Source of the DNA: an uncultured Eggerthella sp.
GTDB taxonomy: Bacteria > Actinomycetota > Coriobacteriia > Coriobacteriales > Eggerthellaceae
Assembly: GCA_900548955.1 (NCBI GenBank)
Contig: URMQ01000001.1
Location: 1 to 55,143, forward strand
Reading direction: 5' to 3'
DNA length: 55,143 nt
Shown: piece by piece, positions 20,512 to 29,013 of the stretch
How the letters are laid out: each line of letters begins with the position of its first letter
Numbering within the stretch: the first letter of the stretch is position 1
Position numbers and translations under genes: made by a program
Notes under the pieces: model-generated
Seen by the model: the letters and a program-made list of their open reading frames with translations, nothing else
The model's database searches: none
Told to the model about the DNA's origin: nothing

Positions 20512-20713
20512 CATAATTCGCGTGGCTAAAGCATAACTGGGGATATTGCTTAGCGACATAGTTCACGTGGTTAAAACAAAACCAAGAGCATATCTCATCA
20601 AATCTTTTTAACATATACACGTGCAGCTCCAAGAAATGGTATTCTTGCCTGCGTAGATATACAGATATATTGACTTGATGTATTAACTTACACAATTACC
20701 GAAAGGTACGTAC

Positions 20714-21841
20714 ATGTCGAACAAAAGCTTAAGCGGTACTCACGAATCACAAACCATTCTCGTTACCGGCGGTGCAGGATTTATCGGCAGCCACACATGC
20801 GTTGAGCTGCTTGAACAAGGCTACAAAATTGTGATCTACGATGATCTTTCAAATTCAAGCGAAGTGGCTGTAGACCGCATTCGCGAACTTACGGGCGCCG
20901 ACCAAAATGCCTGCGCTTTTGTTCAGGCTTCTATTCTTGATCGTGAAGCGTTAGAAAACGTGTTTAGCACCTACGACATTGCTGCCATAATCCACTTTGC
21001 AGGATTCAAGGCGGTAGGCGAGTCTACCCAAAAACCTTTGGAATACTACTGGAATAACGTAGCGGGATCTTTGGTTCTTTTTGATGTTGCGCGCAACCAT
21101 GGTGTTAAGAACGTTATTTTCTCTTCGTCTGCTACGGTGTATGGCGAACCAGAAATGATTCCTATCACTGAAGAATGCCCCAAGCATGAATCCACCAACC
21201 CCTATGGTGAAACCAAGTCCATGCTTGAGCGCATTTTGACTGACTTCTACCGCGCAGATAATGAATGGAACGTGGTACTTCTTCGCTACTTCAATCCAAT
21301 TGGCGCCCATGTTTCTGGCCGCATTGGTGAAGATCCTAAAGGCATTCCAAACAACCTTTTGCCCTATGTTGCCCAAGTTGCTACGGGCAAGCTGGAATGC
21401 ATTCAGGTCTTTGGCAACGACTATCCCACTCCTGACGGCACGGGCGTGCGTGACTACATTCATGTTGTTGACTTGGCGCGCGGCCACGTAAAGGCACTTG
21501 ATTATATGGCAGGTAAAGTCGGCACAGGCAAAGCAATTGGCCTTGGTTCTATTGAGGGCACCCCTGCTGAAGACGGTACCCGTAGCGGTGTTGCTATTTT
21601 CAATTTAGGCACCGGAACAGGATCAAGCGTTTTGGATGTAATTCATGCCTTCGAAAAAGCTTGCGGAAAAGAACTGCCTTACAAGATTTGCCCTCGTCGC
21701 CCAGGCGATATTGCTACCAACTATGCTGCGTGTGATAAAGCTCGCGAGGAATTGGGCTGGGTTGCCGAATATGACTTGGCACGCATGTGCGAAGATGCAT
21801 GGCGTTGGCAAAGCAACAACCCTAACGGTTACAACGGCTAA
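20714..21841 (+). CDS. galE: UDP-glucose 4-epimerase
   Basis: TGGAGFIGSH, FSSSATVYG, YGETK (YxxxK), LRYFNP, DGTGVRDYIHV. Confidence 0.98.
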   Translation: MSNKSLSGTHESQTILVTGGAGFIGSHTCVELLEQGYKIVIYDDLSNSSEVAVDRIRELTGADQNACAFVQASILDREALENVFSTYDIAAIIHFAGFKAVGESTQKPLEYYWNNVAGSLVLFDVARNHGVKNVIFSSSATVYGEPEMIPITEECPKHESTNPYGETKSMLERILTDFYRADNEWNVVLLRYFNPIGAHVSGRIGEDPKGIPNNLLPYVAQVATGKLECIQVFGNDYPTPDGTGVRDYIHVVDLARGHVKALDYMAGKVGTGKAIGLGSIEGTPAEDGTRSGVAIFNLGTGTGSSVLDVIHAFEKACGKELPYKICPRRPGDIATNYAACDKAREELGWVAEYDLARMCEDAWRWQSNNPNGYNG

Positions 21842-21928
21842 CAGACGCTAGCAGAATCTGTATTGTAGAGCTCTAAAGTCACGTAAAAACTTTCCTTAAG
21901 TTAAGCAATTCTTTGATCAGACTTCTTT

Positions 21929-21977
21929 AAAGGCGAACGGACGTAGCGGATATAGCGCACGCACCGTTCGCCTTTTC
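21929..21977. terminator. Hairpin between convergent galE and the HAD gene
   Basis: AAAGGCGAACGG/CCGTTCGCCTTT 12-bp inverted repeat ending in a T-run. Confidence 0.7.
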
Positions 21978-22122
21978 CCTTATAACATCCTTGCTAATCG
22001 GGGGCTACGTCTTTTTAAAGCCTTTAAAGAAATCTGCGATTTGAATGAGCTTTCGAACAACTTTTACAGGGCTTTTAGCTGATTAAGCTCAATCCACTGC
22101 CTTGCTATTGTATGCAAGTCCC

Positions 22123-22776
22123 CTAGGCAAACTTCAAAATGTCTTCTGGTTTGTCGATTAGTTCATCGGGATTACCTGATTTAATTTTTTCGATAGACTG
22201 ATATCCCCAGGTAACCCCTACGGTATACATACCCGCATTGTTGCCCGCCAACATATCACCATGCGAATCGCCGAAATAGACGCAATCTTCGGGAGTTAAA
22301 CCCATTTCTTGTGCCGTAACAAGAAGACCCGTAGGATCAGGTTTGCGAGGAATGTTTTCTGCTTCACCATGCGATACATCAAACAGCCCAGGGAAATAGC
22401 GCTGTTCTACTTCACGAACACCTGCTTCAAATTTATTCGACACAATACCAAGCTTGATGCCCTTGTTTTTAAGTGCGCGAAGGGTTTCTTCCATACCGTC
22501 AAAAGGCTTGGTAAGCTTGATGCCGTATTCGTCGTATAAATCGCAAAACAGTCTAAAAGCGTGTTGCGCTTTTTCTTCAGAAATATCTTCAGGAACTGCT
22601 TGCAAAATAAGAGAAAGAACTCCATTACCTACAAAAGTACGTACTTCGTCTTCGGTGCGCGCCGGGTAGCCTTCACGTTCCAGCACAATATTGGTAAGTG
22701 CCGTTAAATCTGGCAGCGTGTGCAAAAGCGTGCCGTCCATATCAAAAATAAAACCTTTAAATCCCGTACGCGTCAT
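22123..22776 (-). CDS. HAD-superfamily phosphatase (phosphoglycolate phosphatase-like)
   Basis: FDMDGTL, VSNK, KPDP, GDSHGD motifs. Confidence 0.92.
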   Translation of the reverse strand: MTRTGFKGFIFDMDGTLLHTLPDLTALTNIVLEREGYPARTEDEVRTFVGNGVLSLILQAVPEDISEEKAQHAFRLFCDLYDEYGIKLTKPFDGMEETLRALKNKGIKLGIVSNKFEAGVREVEQRYFPGLFDVSHGEAENIPRKPDPTGLLVTAQEMGLTPEDCVYFGDSHGDMLAGNNAGMYTVGVTWGYQSIEKIKSGNPDELIDKPEDILKFA

Positions 22777-23058
22777 ACAATACATCCTTCTTGATGGTAT
22801 TCACCCTATCTGGCTCCAGCCAGATTATTTACGATCACGCTTTAGCAAGCATGGTACGCAAGCTTTTAGTTGTTCACAAAATAATACTAGGGTTCTCTTT
22901 TCCTTCCAGTGCGCTCCATGCATTTATTACATCGTTTTACAAAATCAACTACCTGAATTCTGACCAAAAGAACGTCTGCTCTTTGTAAGCGCTCGACATA
23001 ATACGACCCGCTAAAACAAAAAACGGCAATAAATAATTGCCTGGCATTTCTAAAAACA

Positions 23059-23164
23059 GCGAGCAGCGGCAGAGTGCACTAGGTAGGCACGAGAGCATGA
23101 GGAAGTGTACTTGGGTACACGACGAGTGCTCGCAGAACCTAGATAGAGTGCGCTGCTGCTGCGC
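23059..23164. repeat. Nested palindromic (REP/RPE-like) element
   Basis: Concentric stems AGCAGCGGC/GCTGCTGCT, CTAGGT/ACCTAG, GAGCA/TGCTC, GTGTAC/GTACAC. Confidence 0.65.
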
Positions 23165-23222
23165 AGCGTCAATGCGTTTAATGCGAAAAGAAAGCCGTTC
23201 GGCAGAACGGCTTGATTACAAA

Positions 23223-23365
23223 CTGGAGCGGGCGACGGGAATCCCGCGTCCGCAAAGCGGACGCTCAACCCCTTGGCGCAAGCGCCTGCGGGCGAATTCC
23301 TAAAAACAGTCCACTGGACTGTTTTCTTAACGGAATTCCACCTCAACGGTTCGATTCCCGTCGCC
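23223..23365. repeat. tRNA-Gly-derived, inverted-repeat-bounded structured element
   Basis: 21-bp direct copy of the tRNA 3' end (23223-23243), inverted copy of the T-arm (23348-23365) and internal hairpins. Confidence 0.8.
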
Positions 23366-23386
23366 TTAATTACGACCCGCTAAAAC

Positions 23387-23419
23387 AAAAAAACGGCAAT
23401 GATAGTCAACCATTGCCGT
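23387..23419 (-). terminator. Intrinsic terminator after tRNA-Gly
   Basis: ACGGCAATG/CATTGCCGT stem with T7 on the minus strand. Confidence 0.8.
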
Positions 23420-23427
23420 ACGATTTC

Positions 23428-23502
23428 TGGAGCGGGCGACGGGAATCGAACCCGCGTCACAAGCTTGGGAAGCTTGGGTAATAACCATTATACGACGCCC
23501 GC
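23428..23502 (-). tRNA. tRNA-Gly (CCC)
   Basis: Reverse complement GCGGGCGTCGTATAATGGTTATTACCCAAGCTTCCCAAGCTTGTGACGCGGGTTCGATTCCCGTCGCCCGCTCCA; anticodon stem CAAGC/GCTTG around CCC; encoded CCA. Confidence 0.97.
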
Positions 23503-23559
23503 ATATGTAAAAAGACACCCAATAAGTGCAGCTAGTAGTATAGCGCAATAAACGCTTTC

Positions 23560-24138
23560 TTATTCAGATCCTGCCTTGCTTTTATTATGTGCAAACTCAA
23601 TTGCGGATGCGGAGAAGACTTTACTAATAATCTGCAAGCATCTATCGAAACGCTCATCACAAGGCTTGCCAGCCTGCTCGCCAAGTAAACCCACAATACC
23701 GGAAGCCATGAAGGAAGCAACAGCCTGCACGTCCTCTTGTCTAAGATCAAGTTCGAACTTTCCTGCCCAAGCCTCCATGAGCACCCTCTTAAAGCGTTCA
23801 ATCAGACGCCTCGATCCGTTTGGCCCTGTCAGAAGGCATATTCGCTCGACTGCAAGCTTCTGTTCTTTATTGAGATGAAACGCTACATCACTCTGCGAAA
23901 GAAATCTCTCTGCAAGATCTGCAATACCAGTCGGCACAGAAGCGTCAACTGCTTTCTCTGCAAGATCTTCTATCGAATCAAAGTAATAGTAAAACGTCGC
24001 ACGGTTGCATCCTGCCTGGTGCACAATCGAAGTGGCAGTTATTTCTTGAAAGGACCTGAGAGAAATTTGATGCCAGAAAGTATTAATCATACGTTCCTCA
24101 GCACCTTTCTCCCCGGAATCCTTTCTCGGCCTTCCCAT
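23560..24138 (-). CDS. TetR/AcrR-family transcriptional regulator
   Basis: MGRPRK N-terminus and HTH ITATSIVHQAGCNRATFYYYFDS; divergent from an ABC operon. Confidence 0.92.
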   Translation of the reverse strand: MGRPRKDSGEKGAEERMINTFWHQISLRSFQEITATSIVHQAGCNRATFYYYFDSIEDLAEKAVDASVPTGIADLAERFLSQSDVAFHLNKEQKLAVERICLLTGPNGSRRLIERFKRVLMEAWAGKFELDLRQEDVQAVASFMASGIVGLLGEQAGKPCDERFDRCLQIISKVFSASAIEFAHNKSKAGSE

Positions 24139-24277
24139 GCCATCCTCCTTACTGATTATATAGATCGATAAACCCGACGCTTCCGCGTAAATCGCTGGTT
24201 TTATTCCCTCTACAACCTAGGGATAATCTGATTATACGACATATGTTGGGTTTTCTGAATGCAAAGGGGGGATCTCT

Positions 24278-25210
24278 ATGGAGAGACAAAGCGTCATCGT
24301 CCTCGACTCCGTAACAAAGATGCTTGGGAAGAAACCCCGTATCGAAAATCTCTCATTCTCCTGTGACTCAGGAATGATCTATGGACTTTTAGGGCCAAAT
24401 GGAGCGGGTAAAACGACCTTAATGAATCTCATCACTGGACTCTACCACCCAACATCTGGCACGGTACAAGTAATGGGCATGGATCCCGTACGCGACGCAC
24501 GAAAGGTGCGTCGAATGATTGGTTTGGTACCGCAAGAAACATCGCTCTACCCAGAACTCTCAGCCCTGGAAAATCTACGTTTTCATGCCTCACTTTACTT
24601 AGACGATCAGCACACAGCAAACAAGCGCATCGAAGACGTGCTTGAACTCGTCGACTTAACCGACCGAGCAAAAGATCCTGTAATCTCCTATTCGGGAGGC
24701 ATGAAACGACGCCTCGCGCTTGGACGAGCAATGCTTGCTAATCCCCATATTCTGTTACTCGACGAGCCGACACTCGGCGTCGACGTGCAAGGAACGCACC
24801 GCATTTGGGACTACGTAAAGCGGTTCAAAGACGAGGGGCACACAGTTCTTGTTTCCACCAATGTAATGGCAGAAGCCGACGCTCTTGCTGACATGATCCT
24901 ACTGCTCGATCACGGCAAAAAAATCCGCTTCGGAACTCCAGAGACTCTCAAAGCCGAAGCGGGATCAACCATGATTAGACTGACGCCCGTACCTAACTCC
25001 CATATTGATGAAGCCTTCCTGCATGAACGATTAGGTAAATTCTCCTTCGATGACCAGACAATCGTAATCGATGCCCCTGACGGCGAAGCCGATCTAGCGC
25101 GTATCCTTGGACTTCTTGAAGGCATAATCAAAATTAACTCAGTAGAATTGCGCCATTCAACACTCGATGATGCTTTTCTCTCGCTTACAGGTCGATCATT
25201 GCGAGACTAG
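24278..25210 (+). CDS. ABC exporter ATP-binding protein (DrrA/NodI-like)
   Basis: GPNGAGKTT, YSGGMKRR, LLLDEPT; the switch His appears as N (VSTNVM). Confidence 0.95.
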   Translation: MERQSVIVLDSVTKMLGKKPRIENLSFSCDSGMIYGLLGPNGAGKTTLMNLITGLYHPTSGTVQVMGMDPVRDARKVRRMIGLVPQETSLYPELSALENLRFHASLYLDDQHTANKRIEDVLELVDLTDRAKDPVISYSGGMKRRLALGRAMLANPHILLLDEPTLGVDVQGTHRIWDYVKRFKDEGHTVLVSTNVMAEADALADMILLLDHGKKIRFGTPETLKAEAGSTMIRLTPVPNSHIDEAFLHERLGKFSFDDQTIVIDAPDGEADLARILGLLEGIIKINSVELRHSTLDDAFLSLTGRSLRD

Positions 25211-25220
25211 GGAGAACACC

Positions 25221-26300
25221 ATGGGAATCATACGAATAATCGGCAAGGAACTGGTTAGTGTTAAGGAAAATATTCCGTTTAACCTGGCAACCATCATATC
25301 GCCTCTACTCTTCTTGCTCGCCTTCGTCGTAATGGTTTCGGGTGGCATCACCATCCCTGTCGAAACACAGCCCGCCTCTTCCGAGTCGGCGTTCCTGCAA
25401 ACTACCGCTAACTATGTTGCCCCTTACGGAACACCCTATCTTGATTTAGAGACTGCACCTGCCGAAGGCACTCCTGATGGTCGCAGTGCCGATCGTTTCA
25501 TCGTTAAAGAGGAGCCCTCCGTATCTGAGAAAGGTGCGACAGGAACGATTACCCATCTCGTTAACGATGTGAATTCCAATATGACCAAGAACTACACCAA
25601 CCGCTTGACAGGTGCGCTTGTCAATTACATAAACGAGAACCGAAAAGCAAACACCGTTGAGGTGATTGAGGAAACACGCTACGAGATAGATATCCCTTGG
25701 GATGAAAGTTTTGCAGTAAGCACACTTGTATTTGGAGCGATGCTCGCAGGGCTTTTATTCGGACAGCTTTCGATGACAAGTGAATGGGAAAACACAACGA
25801 TTAAACTCCTTATTCTTTCGCCTTGCTCTGCTGCCAAGGTCGTAACAGGCAAGGTTACAGGAGCATGCATTAAAGCATTTGTCGCGGGAGCGGTGCTTGT
25901 TGGGGTGGTGGCACTCTTATACGACAGAACTCTCATAAGCGCCTTGTGGCTCGCTGTAGCACTCTGCTTGATGTACGTTATATTTTCAAGCTTGGGGTTT
26001 GCCTTAGGCATTGCAGTTCGCTCAACCATGACAGCCTTCCTGCTGTCGCTTGTAATATCACTCTGCCTTTGGGTTGCAGGAGGCGGTTTCGGTGATCTGT
26101 CCTACTTCGGCGATGCAGCCCAGATTGTTGGCTCAGCAAACCCCGCCACCTATGCGCTTGATGCAATACGCTACGCATACTTCGGTGGCGTGGCGAATCC
26201 AGCACCGCTTATTACACTCGCGGTTGGAGCGGCGGCGACGGTAACGGTAGTTTGCATGCTTTATATATGCTGGTTGAAAAGCGAAAGGGCGGCATCATGA
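25221..26300 (+). CDS. ABC-2 type permease
   Basis: N-terminal TM helix, extracellular loop, five C-terminal TM helices, NPATYALDAIR; RBS GGGAG before ATG 25221. Confidence 0.88.
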   Translation: MGIIRIIGKELVSVKENIPFNLATIISPLLFLLAFVVMVSGGITIPVETQPASSESAFLQTTANYVAPYGTPYLDLETAPAEGTPDGRSADRFIVKEEPSVSEKGATGTITHLVNDVNSNMTKNYTNRLTGALVNYINENRKANTVEVIEETRYEIDIPWDESFAVSTLVFGAMLAGLLFGQLSMTSEWENTTIKLLILSPCSAAKVVTGKVTGACIKAFVAGAVLVGVVALLYDRTLISALWLAVALCLMYVIFSSLGFALGIAVRSTMTAFLLSLVISLCLWVAGGGFGDLSYFGDAAQIVGSANPATYALDAIRYAYFGGVANPAPLITLAVGAAATVTVVCMLYICWLKSERAAS

Positions 26301-27424
26301 ACCTCTTTGTGCAAGAATTGAAAAAACTGATCGCACTTACAAAGGCTGATCCAAAGTCACTCGCAGCGGGCATCATTGCGCCGACGGTCATCTTGATCAT
26401 CTTTGCACTTACGTTTGGCAACTTTGTTTCACTCAAGCTCGCAGTCGTGAATGGCGATGTAGGCACGCTCGGCGCGGCTTTTGAGGAGACGGTGTTCTCC
26501 CAAACCTCACCGCTGTCAGGAGAGCCCTACTTCGAGGCGATCGAAGTGAACGATGATGAAGCTAGAAAACTCTACGAGCAAGGAAGAGTAAACGGCATCC
26601 TGACGATCCCTGATGACTTTTCGAAGTCTCTTGAATCTGGCGAACCCGCACAGGTTCTCTACGTGTTCGACAACTATAACACTGACATGGCGAAGAACCT
26701 GCGCCTGTATCTTGACGAAGGCATTTTCGCATTCTACCAAGAACACATGCCCAAAATGGAGATCGAAGTGCAGCGCGAATACGCCGTAGGTGCTCAGCTT
26801 GATTGGTTCGCCATCATCGCGATCGGCGTATTTATGCTGGCGTTCCTCATGGGGTCAATGTTCAACTTCCTCTACCTGCTAAACAAAGAGCGAGTGCACG
26901 CAACGTTGTCCGAGTATCGGCTCGCGCCGGCGTCTCTTCTGCCCACATTCGTGGCTCGCGTCGTGGTGGCGCTTCTCGCCGGGGCGGTCGGGGCGGCGGT
27001 GAACGCGCTGCTCGTCTGGCTACTCACGGGCGTGAACCTGGCATGCGGCATTTTGGCGATCCTGCCCGTCCTCCTGGTGCTGGGGGTTGCGTTCGTCTCG
27101 TTCGCGGCGATCGTGTCGCTTACAGTGCGCAAGTTCAGCGGCGCCGCGATGCTGTCGATGGTAACCGCCGTGGTGGCGTGGTTCCTCTCCGGAGCCACGA
27201 CCTCAGTGAAGTACGCCACGGGTGCGCTGCTCGACGTGGCGCTCGCCCTGCCTTCAAGCTACGGCCTTTCCCAAATCCGCTCAGCAGTATTCGGCGTTGA
27301 CCAGAGTGTCGGCGGCCTTCTTGCTACTGACAAAGGATGGATTGTGATGGGGATCTATGCTCTTGTGTTTGCGGCTATCGCATGGATTGTCTATCGAAAG
27401 CAGTTAGGTGCCAGAAAACAATAG
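26297..27424 (+). CDS. ABC-2 type permease
   Basis: KLAVVNGD extracellular domain, GILTIPDDFS, C-terminal TM helices; ATGA overlap with the previous stop. Confidence 0.88.
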   Translation: MNLFVQELKKLIALTKADPKSLAAGIIAPTVILIIFALTFGNFVSLKLAVVNGDVGTLGAAFEETVFSQTSPLSGEPYFEAIEVNDDEARKLYEQGRVNGILTIPDDFSKSLESGEPAQVLYVFDNYNTDMAKNLRLYLDEGIFAFYQEHMPKMEIEVQREYAVGAQLDWFAIIAIGVFMLAFLMGSMFNFLYLLNKERVHATLSEYRLAPASLLPTFVARVVVALLAGAVGAAVNALLVWLLTGVNLACGILAILPVLLVLGVAFVSFAAIVSLTVRKFSGAAMLSMVTAVVAWFLSGATTSVKYATGALLDVALALPSSYGLSQIRSAVFGVDQSVGGLLATDKGWIVMGIYALVFAAIAWIVYRKQLGARKQ

Positions 27425-27431
27425 TACATTC

Positions 27432-27783
27432 TTATGCACGTAAAATTTTTTCTAACGCCTTACCGCGCGCAAGTTCGTCAATAAGCTTATCTAAATATCG
27501 GGCATTCTGTTCTATCGAGTCTTCTATTGAGGCAACATCTACGCCGCAAATTTTCCCCGTAATAAGGAAGCGATTAGGGTTAAGCGCCGGAGCTTCCGTA
27601 AAAAAACGTTTCGTGCGTGGATTCTTGTTCTAATTGTTCAGCAAGACTAGCTTCATCATACCCAGTAAGCCAAAAGATAATTGTGTTCACTTCTTCACGG
27701 GTGCGGCCTTTGCGCTCTGCTTTTTGCACCAATAAAGGATAGACGTTTGCAAAAGACATTTCTGCAATTGTTTTACGTGCCAT
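27432..27783 (-). pseudogene. DUF2200-like protein with a +1 frameshift in a T7 run
   Basis: MSFANVYPLLVQKAERKGRT...WLTGY...ETFF continues in another frame as [20 protein letters not shown]...[22 protein letters not shown]. The extra base lies in A7 at 27600-27606. Confidence 0.85.
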
Positions 27784-27786
27784 GCC

Positions 27787-28857
27787 TTACCTTTCTTCCC
27801 AGGGAGTGATAACCACCTTTAAGCATCCATCTTCGTGTGCTTCAAACACCCGATACGCCTCTAGAATATCGTTGAGCGCAAATCGTTTCGAAATTAAGCA
27901 GGAAGTGTCAAGCTTTCCTTGTTCTATAAGGTTCATTACCTTATCAAGTCCGCTGGCGTCTACCCCGCCTGTTTTAAAGGTAAGATTTTTCCCATACATT
28001 ATAGGCAGCGGTAACATCTGCGGTGTTTCATACATTGCAGATACCACTACGGTTGCATTAGGGCGGGCGATGCGCCATGCCATTTCGAAGGTATTCTTCC
28101 CTCCTGCTGCTTCTATAACTGAATCAGCACCACGCCCCCGGGTTAGTACTTTCACTACCTCTTCTAGCGCATCAAGCGATTCGTTTGCAGGATTAATAGT
28201 TTTCGGGTTGATAGTTTTGTCCGCTAGTCCCTGTTCGTGTGCTCGCAACAAACGCTTATCATCAATATCAAACGCAATAATTTGAGCAGGATTCTTCAAA
28301 CGCGCGCACATCATAGTCGTAAGCCCTACAGGTCCCGCTCCAATAACTGCAACAGTAGAACCCTCTTCTATATCAGCAATGTTGGCGCTCCACCAGCCAG
28401 TAGCTAAAATATCGCCCAAAAACAGTGCATCTTCGTCACTGACAGATTCCGGAATAAGCGTGCAGGCATTATCGGCAAAGGGAATTCGAACATATTCTGC
28501 CTGACAACCATCAATTCGACAACCTAATTCCCAACCGCCCTGTACACAGTTATTCACCCAACCACGCTTACAGAAGTAGCATTCCCCACAAAAGGTTTCA
28601 CAGTTTACCGCTACCCTGTCGCCTGGTTTTAGTTTCGAAACTGCAGAGCCAACTTCTTCTACTACTCCGACAAATTCATGGCCCAGTACCGTGTTGGACA
28701 AGGCACGAGGTACAACACCTTTTAAGATGTGCAAATCGCTTGTACAAATGGTAGAACGGGTAACACGCACAATAGCATCGCTCGGAAGCTTGATTACTGG
28801 GTTTGGTTTATCTATAAGAGCGATGGCTCCCACACCATCGTGAACCAATGCTTTCAC
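27787..28857 (-). CDS. Zinc-dependent alcohol dehydrogenase (MDR family)
   Basis: ICTSDLH, GHEFVG, CGECYFCKRG...C, GAGPVG. Confidence 0.95.
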   Translation of the reverse strand: MKALVHDGVGAIALIDKPNPVIKLPSDAIVRVTRSTICTSDLHILKGVVPRALSNTVLGHEFVGVVEEVGSAVSKLKPGDRVAVNCETFCGECYFCKRGWVNNCVQGGWELGCRIDGCQAEYVRIPFADNACTLIPESVSDEDALFLGDILATGWWSANIADIEEGSTVAVIGAGPVGLTTMMCARLKNPAQIIAFDIDDKRLLRAHEQGLADKTINPKTINPANESLDALEEVVKVLTRGRGADSVIEAAGGKNTFEMAWRIARPNATVVVSAMYETPQMLPLPIMYGKNLTFKTGGVDASGLDKVMNLIEQGKLDTSCLISKRFALNDILEAYRVFEAHEDGCLKVVITPWEER

Positions 28858-29013
28858 GGCTACCTCTTTTCCCGCCTATTTTATAATCGTGCTGCTATAC
28901 TCGCTTCCAGTATTTTATTTGTAAGCACCAACAAGTGACCATGTGCGACAAATAACCTACTACCCGCCTTGCCGCAATTGACCATTTTTTACGATTAGTA
29001 AGGAATAAAAGCA

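Noticed and set aside
20510..20625. Degenerate CRISPR repeats
   Set aside because: Only two clear copies, a ~17-nt gap, no dyad and no cas genes.
23223..23365. Intron-containing or split second tRNA gene
   Set aside because: Only 3' acceptor and T-arm pieces are present, in opposite orientations, with no D arm or anticodon arm.
23037..23548. Short ORFs across the tRNA-Gly repeat region
   Set aside because: They overlap the tRNA and palindromic elements, have no RBS or protein-like features, and are best explained as noncoding.
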